Shown here: piece by piece, positions 50,900 through 57,985 of the stretch
Position numbering within the stretch: position 1 is the stretch's first letter
Layout of the letters: every line of letters starts with the position of its first letter
Virus record (IMG/VR): IMGVR_UViG_3300026445_000027
Coordinates: 64,001 to 128,000 of that record
From: a virus
Length of the DNA stretch: 64,000 nt
Strand: one strand, 5' to 3'
Program-made: the position numbers and the translations under genes
Notes under the pieces: model-generated
Seen by the model: only the letters and a program-made list of their open reading frames with translations
The model's database searches: none
What the model was told of the DNA's origin: nothing

Positions 50900-51225
50900 A
50901 AAAAATAAAGTATAACCCCACCCAATACCCCTAGACCAGGCGACAGTGTCGGCTAGGATCAGGGCATTGAGCAGGGGGAGGTTTTCTTTGGTTGCCTCAA
51001 CAGCACAACCCAACCAGCGAATAACTAGGCAGACGATTACTGGTTGTTGCCTTAGGACCTCCTAACCTTTGGCAGGGGCAGGGGCTACAGCATGGGTCGA
51101 AGATACAAAGGAAGAGTGACGTACCAATTGAGAGGCACACCGGCCAGCAAACCTGACAACGGGTACATCACTCTGACTAGGCAAGCGAGGGCAAGCTTAG
51201 TCTACACGGCCGCTAGGTCCATGTT
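50900..51225 (-). ncRNA. Putative multi-hairpin RNA 3' of tRNA-Gln, ending in a terminator
   Basis: No credible ORF; 13-bp stem AGAGTGATGTACC/GGTACGTCACTCT and others; terminal hairpin plus TTTATTTTTT. Confidence 0.45.
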
Positions 51226-51302
51226 TGGAAGAGGTAGATGGATTCGAACCATCGCATGACAGGATCAAAACCTGTTGCCTTACCGGGCTTGGCTATACCT
51301 CT
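51226..51302 (-). tRNA. tRNA-Gln(UUG)
   Basis: AGAGGTA/TACCTCT acceptor, ACAGG-TT TTG AT-CCTGT anticodon arm, TTCGAAT T-loop, encoded CCA. Confidence 0.9.
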
Positions 51303-51307
51303 GTAAC

Positions 51308-51402
51308 TGGGGTGGTCTACGGGCTTTTACCGTACGTCGTGAGTAACAGGCCGGCCTCCAGACCTGTAACGGCTTTCTCAAAGTGGACCTTGGGAGAACA
51401 CC
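51308..51402 (-). ncRNA. tRNA-flanked structured RNA, copy 1
   Basis: GGTGTTC/GACCACC closing stem plus CCA; TACGG-TAAAAGC-CCGTA arm. Confidence 0.55.
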
Positions 51403-51409
51403 TTTGATT

Positions 51410-51485
51410 TGGCTCCACGTCCTGGATTCGAACCAGGGACCAACAGATTAACAGTCTGCTGCTCTACCGACTGAGCTAACGTGGA
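51410..51485 (-). tRNA. tRNA-Asn(GUU)
   Basis: Canonical 76-nt cloverleaf, CT GTT AA loop, CCA. Confidence 0.95.
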
Positions 51486-51497
51486 AGAAATATTGAC

Positions 51498-51609
51498 GGT
51501 CCATTCGGGCTTTTACCGCACTTACTCATGAGCTTGCGGCTCAAGGGGGCCCGACCGTCCGGGCGCCGAGTGCTTTCTTTACCTACCAGGGTTCCTTGAT
51601 CAATGGTCC
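51498..51609 (-). ncRNA. Structured RNA, copy 2 of the same motif
   Basis: CCATT/AATGG closing stem; AGAAAGC and CGGTAAAAGCCCG shared with copy 1. Confidence 0.5.
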
Positions 51610-51626
51610 TTTGTAGGTTAATATGT

Positions 51627-51758
51627 TGTTCGACCTGGTAAGGGGGAAGGGAGGCTCGTTTTATCCCCCGACTTGGACCCATGCACCGTATGGACTACTG
51701 GGCGGCTCCTTTTAGTGTAGCCCGGCTGTACCCTACCGTCTTTCCACCAGATCAAACA
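51627..51758 (-). ncRNA. Putative structured RNA closed by a 13-bp helix
   Basis: TGTTTGATCTGGT/ACCAGGTCGAACA, with G-U pairs on the minus strand only. Confidence 0.45.
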
Positions 51759-51774
51759 AACTCTTGAATAAAGT

Positions 51775-52063
51775 ATCCGTTCGCCACACCCGCGCTATTC
51801 GCATTCCGCAAGCGCGTCATGTACTTACATTCCCGTTGCCACGGATCACAGCAAAGCGCTCAGCGCGCTAGCACGGGAAAGAGTCCCCCTAGGACTTCTT
51901 GTGTGGGCTGCTTGCGCAATGCAAAGCCGCCCTGCGAGCCAACCTGACCGTCGGCTAAATGCCAGCAACAAGGTACCGTGACGAACCTTGTTGCCGGACT
52001 AGGTGTGTGTTCCTCAGCGCCCTTCGCCGCCCACAGCGCACCACCTTTGCTGAGGGACACACA
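51775..52063 (-). ncRNA. Putative hairpin-array RNA
   Basis: Consecutive long stems, e.g. TGTGTGTcCCTCAGC/GCTGAGGaACACACA and CCGGCAACAAGGT/ACCTTGTTGCTGG. Confidence 0.45.
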
Positions 52064-52065
52064 TT

Positions 52066-52205
52066 TGGTAGAGAGTACACGATTCGAACGTGTGGGCCCA
52101 TAAGTGTCGTTGGCCGACACCCTGAGCACATCCGGTTTCATGTAAGGCCGCCCTAGGGTACGCCCACAATCCTCCAGACTCCTTAAACCACTCGGACAAC
52201 TCTCT
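52066..52205 (-). ncRNA. 140-nt enlarged tRNA-like RNA
   Basis: Perfect acceptor stem, D-arm, T-arm and A-CCA end; about 85-nt central domain with no canonical anticodon arm. Confidence 0.75.
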
Positions 52206-52229
52206 GTTAACTTTGTATAACATAGGAAA

Positions 52230-52375
52230 TCGGGACGGATCCCAGGGTAGAGCCCTGGTCTTACGCCGTAAGTATACGACGCATTCTGGATCGCCCTCCG
52301 TCTTGAGGCTTTTCTTCCCTAAGTCTAGCCAACCCTGACGGCCGTTAGGCTAGAGAGTTAACCGCGACCCGGGTT
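52230..52375 (-). ncRNA. Putative structured RNA between tRNA-Leu and the tRNA mimic
   Basis: Stems GGTCGC/GCGATC, TCTAGCC/GGCTAGA, GCGTCGTA/TACGGCGT, CCAGGG/CCCTGG. Confidence 0.4.
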
Positions 52376-52385
52376 TATCCAAATA

Positions 52386-52471
52386 TGGTGCGAGAGACGG
52401 GCATCGAACCCGTATGGCCAGAAGCCGACAGATTTTAAGTCTGTTGTGTATACCAATTCCACCACACTCGC
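52386..52471 (-). tRNA. tRNA-Leu(UAA)
   Basis: 86 nt, long variable arm, CT TAA AA loop, A73, CCA; one U-U mismatch in the acceptor stem. Confidence 0.9.
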
Positions 52472-52884
52472 AGAACACACCGTTACATATCATAACCATG
52501 TGTAGTAAAAAGATAAGAGGAACTGCTCCAGATTGCGACATCCTTCACAATCCCTCTGTCACCTAGACCTCGGTAATAGTGTTAACCCTTTTACCGCCGT
52601 AAAGGCCCGCCTCATCAAACTCTCTGCTCACAACCATGCTGCCGGCCAGATCGAAATCCCAGGGCGGTCAGCACAGAAGAAGCCCAGTAGGAAAGTTTGG
52701 GTGACTTAGTGGGTTTGACGTTCCACTCATAGGTTCTGCTCAGAAAAGCTTGTCATCGCGATTCGTTGCATCATACAACCACCGGCTCCACCTTAAGGTT
52801 CCGGCTGATCTCCTCAATGGGAGAATTCGGTTTAGGCGTTAACAATCACACCTGTTGTATATAATGGATTATTGCAGTAACAAA

Positions 52885-54075
52885 TTAACCAATCGGACTA
52901 CCAGTGGCAGACTGCATGCCGTTTACTGGGGCCTCACCAGCTCTTATGATCAAATCACCTTTGGACTCAACGATGTATTTATTGGCTTCTTTGAAAGTGT
53001 TGCCCAGGTAGTAGAGACCGGTGCCGTTATAGCCGATGCCGTAGTACTGCATTTCACACTGATCGCTAGACTCAGCAGAGATCATTGCTGTAAGGTGTTC
53101 TTGTGTGATAGCTGAACTAACGTTTTCAACATAGACGGGGTTGGCGTGCTCACTGAACTCAGCAATGAAATTATCATCTACCAAAACAACCAACGTCGAC
53201 AGGCCGTTGATAAGCCACTTGCGATGCGACAGGATGATTACTTTACCTGGGTAGCGATTACCAGTTTTGGTGATCTCTTCACGAATAAGGTTTTTGGTAG
53301 TTTTGCTGAAATTGCCGAAAACTGTGTTATAGTACTTGAGCTGATCCGGGTCATCCAGTACAAAAGGGCGTTTGACGCTAGGGATATCTTCTTCTGGTCC
53401 TGGGTCCCTTGCAGGCTTAGCATTAGCCTTAACATAGTTAGCTTCCAACATCGCCAGTTTGCTTTCTGGTATCAGCCCACCTTCGCGAAGCTCTTTGATC
53501 ATTTCCTTTGTGGCGTAAACGTTGTATTGCTGAATACGTTTGGCGGTTAACGAGTAAGCGTCGAAGAAGCTACCGTCCAGGTACGCACCAACGTTACCAT
53601 GGAAATTAGCCAGGATGGTACCGGAGTCGTACTCTTCTTCTGACTCAGCCACGCCACCTGGGGCCAGGCCTGCTTTAGCCAATGCTTCGCGCAGGTTAGG
53701 GTTAGCACTGAACATAATCTCACGTGCCATTGCCGCGATGCGAACTGGATCAGCGCCGTTCAGCAATGCGGGCAGATCAAAATCTACCGCACCTGGGTCG
53801 TCAGTGAGGGACTCTTTGTAGAGACCACCCATACCAGGGTACTCGAGGTCTTTCTCCGTGATCTTGGAGATAGTGTCCCCGGATGCGTTCATGATGTAAA
53901 CGTTGCCAGTGATCGGATAAGACCGATTCTTACCTGGCAGTGCATGTTGGATTACCAGCCCGTGGTTTCCATTTGGTGGGGTACCTAAGTTGACTTTGAT
54001 GTCAACCGGTTCTTCTACAACCAGCATGCGGAAACTCTTGTTGTCGCGGTCCATCATTTTGATAATGAGGTTCAT
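52885..54075 (-). CDS. Paralogue-array protein D (shared N-terminal domain)
   Basis: 396 aa; YPITGNVYIMNASGDTISKI. Confidence 0.7.
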   Translation of the reverse strand: MNLIIKMMDRDNKSFRMLVVEEPVDIKVNLGTPPNGNHGLVIQHALPGKNRSYPITGNVYIMNASGDTISKITEKDLEYPGMGGLYKESLTDDPGAVDFDLPALLNGADPVRIAAMAREIMFSANPNLREALAKAGLAPGGVAESEEEYDSGTILANFHGNVGAYLDGSFFDAYSLTAKRIQQYNVYATKEMIKELREGGLIPESKLAMLEANYVKANAKPARDPGPEEDIPSVKRPFVLDDPDQLKYYNTVFGNFSKTTKNLIREEITKTGNRYPGKVIILSHRKWLINGLSTLVVLVDDNFIAEFSEHANPVYVENVSSAITQEHLTAMISAESSDQCEMQYYGIGYNGTGLYYLGNTFKEANKYIVESKGDLIIRAGEAPVNGMQSATGSPIG

Positions 54076-54184
54076 GTAAACTACTCGTATTAGTTAGTGG
54101 TTTGTCTTACTGGTATTGCGTACGTGCTATGTTGCCTAAGGTCAGAGCCGCCCCTGACCTTAGTATTGTTTTGCTCGGTGTAAA

Positions 54185-55027
54185 TTAACTAAAGGTAACC
54201 GGTCGGATATCAAAAACTTCATTATCCAAATTGACGGTAAAGGCTTGTTTGTTAAGAAGGCTGTCGACTCTCCAGCCTTTGTCTGGAATATACTCAAGCC
54301 CATGGGACTCTTTTTCTTTGGCCGAAAGTGTATCGACTGTACGGCACCCTAGTTCAGTAACTACGATATGCGGCTGAGATGCACACTCCATGATACCTAA
54401 CGTTTTGTCAAAATGAGGATTTACATACAAAATCCATGGTCCATTAGGTGGCAAATCTATCATCCACTGGAACATTTGGGTAAATGGATCAACATGATCT
54501 GCGCTAATCAATTCGTTCAACTGATCAAGGCTGTTGCTAGGGAGGAATTGCAATTTACCAAGACCCAAGTAAAGAGTCGGTGAAGCTGCACGTAAATCTT
54601 TAGCACTATTCCAAACGGTAGCTGGATCACTCCCCTGGACACTCCCACCTGGATTCAATGGAGGGAACTGCTTAGGTATCTCACTACGCTTATTCAACTC
54701 TTCCCAGTCAATGGGGCGGTCGCCACTCATTGCTTCCCGGATAGGTTGTAATACTGCTTCGGTCTGTTCTTCAATACGCACCGGAGCCATAAGCTTTTCA
54801 TAGCTTACTTCACTTAACACCAACCCGTCAGGATTCATGATGGTGACGTCACCAGTTACCGGAATGACTTCAGAACGGAAGTCACCAAAACCCTCGACTA
54901 CCACCAATGGGGTATTAGACTTGGTCGCAGCAAATACAGTCACACGACCAGCATGTAGCACAGGGATCAAATGGAACCCGACTTTATCCGAGTGCATTAC
55001 CTTGATAATAGTTACTGGTTTAATCAT
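54185..55027 (-). CDS. Paralogue-array protein C
   Basis: 280 aa; IPVTGDVTIMNPDGLVLSEV. Confidence 0.7.
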   Translation of the reverse strand: MIKPVTIIKVMHSDKVGFHLIPVLHAGRVTVFAATKSNTPLVVVEGFGDFRSEVIPVTGDVTIMNPDGLVLSEVSYEKLMAPVRIEEQTEAVLQPIREAMSGDRPIDWEELNKRSEIPKQFPPLNPGGSVQGSDPATVWNSAKDLRAASPTLYLGLGKLQFLPSNSLDQLNELISADHVDPFTQMFQWMIDLPPNGPWILYVNPHFDKTLGIMECASQPHIVVTELGCRTVDTLSAKEKESHGLEYIPDKGWRVDSLLNKQAFTVNLDNEVFDIRPVTFS

Positions 55028-55641
55028 TACGCGGGCTCCCCTATCAATTTCTTAGCTTCTTCTTCAGACAAGTTAAATGTAAAACCGAAATTAGTTGCTA
55101 CTGGTTCGCGAGTCTTTCTGTTCACCCCGATAAATGAGTAAGCTAACTCCGGAGTGGATGGGTCGATAAAGATTTCGTGGTCATGGCACGATGCGTAGAA
55201 AGCCTGATCGGATCCTAGGAGCACTATTGGACTTTCTTCACCCATGTGCGGCTTGGGGATAAATACCGAAATAGGGTTTCCGCAGTAGAGGGTGGCGCGG
55301 GTTCTTACTTTCCAGATGCCATTTGTAGAGACAGTCAGTCGTTTTTCCAACAGCTCCATCCAGAACTCTTTGCTTCCTGGTGCGGTGGGAGTGGGAGGGT
55401 ACACCAGATCGGAAAGTTTCACTAACTGGATCAAGGCACCTGTGTGAGACTTGATCTCTACGTCACCACGCAGTTGGTAAACGGCGGTATTTTCCTCCAA
55501 CACCCCGTCTATTTCAACAACCCCTTTCTGGATAGTCAAGGTAGCATGACCTCGGCCAAACTTCATGACCTCTTGACTACCCACTTGGAGGACAGTACCT
55601 ACTGAACCATAGCTAGTAAACAACGTTACGATAAGACTCAT
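55027..55641 (-). CDS. Paralogue-array protein B
   Basis: 204 aa; YQLRGDVEIKSHTGALIQLV. Confidence 0.7.
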   Translation of the reverse strand: MSLIVTLFTSYGSVGTVLQVGSQEVMKFGRGHATLTIQKGVVEIDGVLEENTAVYQLRGDVEIKSHTGALIQLVKLSDLVYPPTPTAPGSKEFWMELLEKRLTVSTNGIWKVRTRATLYCGNPISVFIPKPHMGEESPIVLLGSDQAFYASCHDHEIFIDPSTPELAYSFIGVNRKTREPVATNFGFTFNLSEEEAKKLIGEPA

Positions 55642-55892
55642 GACGCGCCCTCTACACTATAGGCCGTGACAGTTTGGATTACTTCACCGTTTGCATTACA
55701 GATCTCCACTTCCCCATCAAAGCCGTAGGCGGTAATGCTGTTACTAGATCCATTAACTGAAGGGATACGTACATGTGGATCGGAATTGGTGTACCGACCG
55801 AATTCAATACGCTCGCCAACTTTAACCGTCAGTACGTTTTTCACAACGCCTTTGCTGTTCTTAACGATTACCAACATTGCCAACTGACTCAT
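55638..55892 (-). CDS. Paralogue-array protein A (domain only, 84 aa)
   Basis: Start reassigned to ATG 55892 (GGAG RBS); YGFDGEVEICNANGEVIQTV. Confidence 0.7.
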   Translation of the reverse strand: MSQLAMLVIVKNSKGVVKNVLTVKVGERIEFGRYTNSDPHVRIPSVNGSSNSITAYGFDGEVEICNANGEVIQTVTAYSVEGAS

Positions 55893-55924
55893 ACTTACTC
55901 CAATTATTAAAATGCGTGTATAAA

Positions 55925-55951
55925 CCCTACCTAGCTTATAGCTAGGTAGGG
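55925..55951. terminator. 12-bp hairpin after the protease gene
   Basis: ccctacctagct-tat-agctaggtaggg. Confidence 0.6.
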
Positions 55952-55957
55952 GTACCA

Positions 55958-56608
55958 TTAAACGGCTTCTACTACGATCGGGTCTTCGACTTCTGGCTTC
56001 GGATGGGTGGAAGCTTCACCAGGAGTAGTCTCCGGCTTAACCGCTTCATCCTTGGCGTCCTTCGGATCTTTGATCACCAGGTGGGCAGGCCGTACCGATT
56101 TCACTTCTGGTACTGGCGGGAACACGAATACGTCCACGTCACCACCGGACATCACATCCAGCTTACAGGCAGTTTTAACCGCCTTAGCCGCATTCTGCCC
56201 CACGCACATAGCAGCCAGTGCAAAACGGCTACCGCTACCGCTGGAGTATGGAACGTTTACCGGCAGCAGGAACTGCTCTTCACCACGCTTCTCTTTGTTG
56301 GCGTAGATGCTCCAGGCCAGTACCTCGTGGCGCTCAGTAATGAGGATCGCCTCGAAGTCCAGTTCCTCGTCGTGCGTTACCCGTGTACGGTAGTCGATAC
56401 CCTTACGCAGGTACTCCTTGATGTACTCGATGGCATGTGCCTGGCCACACACGCCGAATGCGATGATGCGTACGCCAGCTGCTTCCCAGTACTCGGTAGC
56501 TGCGTCTGGCTTGTGGATCTTCTTGAAGTTACCTGGCATGGCCATCCAGCCTTTAGTAGCCTGACCATCACTTGCCATCATTCCGTCGCTAACTGCGATA
56601 GTAGTCAT
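55958..56608 (-). CDS. HslV/proteasome-beta-like Ntn protease
   Basis: N-terminal (M)TTIA nucleophile, ASDGQAT, KKI, GSGSRFA, D..SGG. Confidence 0.8.
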   Translation of the reverse strand: MTTIAVSDGMMASDGQATKGWMAMPGNFKKIHKPDAATEYWEAAGVRIIAFGVCGQAHAIEYIKEYLRKGIDYRTRVTHDEELDFEAILITERHEVLAWSIYANKEKRGEEQFLLPVNVPYSSGSGSRFALAAMCVGQNAAKAVKTACKLDVMSGGDVDVFVFPPVPEVKSVRPAHLVIKDPKDAKDEAVKPETTPGEASTHPKPEVEDPIVVEAV

Positions 56609-56716
56609 TTACTATAAACCCCTTAGGTACCAAATAATGATCGTCTGCCTAACTAACCAGTAGTAAGCAATAACATAACACTCTAGCAAATAAATAATCC
56701 GGTGTTACTCATACTG

Positions 56717-56733
56717 GTAATGTAGGTTTAAGT
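56717..56733 (-). promoter_or_regulatory. Putative early promoter of the protease gene
   Basis: ACTTAAACCTACATTAC. Confidence 0.5.
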
Positions 56734-56779
56734 ATTTCTTAGGTAATGCAAATATAACCCTTACCCTACCCTCCCTAAG

Positions 56780-57030
56780 GAAGATAGAAGTATAATAATT
56801 AATATATATTTTTCTAATTTTTGACACATTCTATGTCTATTTAAATTTAGTAATATAGTAAAGGGGGCTGCGCCCCCTTTACTAGTCATCTATGCTAAAG
56901 CATAAAGGCTATGAGTCTCGTCATCTACTAACGTAGATTCCTCGGCCTAAGCATCCTCCCCGGTAAGGCTATTCACTCCGTTCCGTTCGCCGAAGGCTCA
57001 CTTCACTACGTTCATAACCTTACCACCCCT
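56780..57030. other. AT-rich tract plus hairpin cluster, candidate origin or ssDNA signal
   Basis: Very AT-rich 56790-56860 next to several hairpins with cGNAg loops. Confidence 0.35.
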
Positions 57031-57127
57031 CCTTCAAAAATCTGAAATGAGAAAGTGGCAATTAACATAACATACAAACCAGATAAAAATTAAGAGATGC
57101 TATAGACCTACTTAGAGGTAAACAGAC

Positions 57128-57976
57128 ATGAACGCGGTTCAATATGCAATCAATCGATTACACGGAAGTGACATCGATGAGTATTTGCTCAAGCTAGCCT
57201 TTGAGCAAAATCCAAATACCAACTGGTCAGGTAACTGGTACAACACTGTTAATGCCACTACGATAGACCAAGGGGTACTGGAGAAAGTAATCCACCGTAC
57301 GGTATTGCCAGCCTGTAATGCACGGGGTGGTAAGACTGAGTACATCGATATCTCTAGCAGCCGTATCCGTGATTTAGGTAATGGTTGTATTGAGGTCAAC
57401 GTGCCAGACATTATCACCGGTGGTCGGAAGATCATTAGTGTGGCTGAAGTCTACTTGGGTTCCATGACCTCTGCTTCTGGTATGCTGGGTATCGGTATCA
57501 ACGATAACGCACTGTGTGGCCAGGGTGCTATCAGTGACATGACGCAGTCGCTGTTGGACTCGATTACCCCTAGTCGTATGTTCCCGGTTACCTTTACCAA
57601 CATCCACATGACTGGTAACAACAGTTTCGTGATCTTTGGTATGAACTCCGGTACGTTCTCCATGTCAGCCAAAATGACCTTGGAGTACGATGAAGGGTTG
57701 TCCAGTATCAGCTCACGGCACCACGAGCTGTTTGCAGACCTCGTAGAGCTCGCTGTGAAGGCTTATATTTACCGTACCTGCCGTAGACCTACCAGTGACG
57801 CTGTAAAGCGCGCAGGGGTCGCCCTGGACGATATCAAAGACGATATCGCTAACTATCGCTCGGCATGGGATGACTATAAGGAAATGGTCAAGACCACTTG
57901 GACCAATGCCATGGCTTGGAGTGATCGTCTGACTGTACACGAGACTATCAAGTCGGCGATCCCTAGACGAATGTAA
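57128..57976 (+). CDS. Conserved protein, probably virion (neck-like, uncertain)
   Basis: 282 aa, GAGG RBS. Confidence 0.6.
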   Translation: MNAVQYAINRLHGSDIDEYLLKLAFEQNPNTNWSGNWYNTVNATTIDQGVLEKVIHRTVLPACNARGGKTEYIDISSSRIRDLGNGCIEVNVPDIITGGRKIISVAEVYLGSMTSASGMLGIGINDNALCGQGAISDMTQSLLDSITPSRMFPVTFTNIHMTGNNSFVIFGMNSGTFSMSAKMTLEYDEGLSSISSRHHELFADLVELAVKAYIYRTCRRPTSDAVKRAGVALDDIKDDIANYRSAWDDYKEMVKTTWTNAMAWSDRLTVHETIKSAIPRRM

Positions 57977-57985
57977 GGTAACCCT

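Noticed and set aside
51320-51518. CGGTAAAAGCCCG resembles the twister ribozyme P4/L4 hairpin
   Set aside because: The loop is shorter and I could not find the UA cleavage site, P2 or pseudoknot partners; a self-cleavage test is still cheap
52066-52205. tmRNA or intron-containing tRNA
   Set aside because: No G3-U70 pair or tag ORF, a D-stem is present, and the insert is far too short for a group I intron
51225-52541. Short ORFs of 60-93 aa in the RNA island
   Set aside because: They overlap tRNAs or stems, lack RBSs and read as translated structured RNA
56821-56850. Sigma70 promoter from TTGACA
   Set aside because: No good -10 hexamer at 16-18-nt spacing; likely chance in AT-rich DNA
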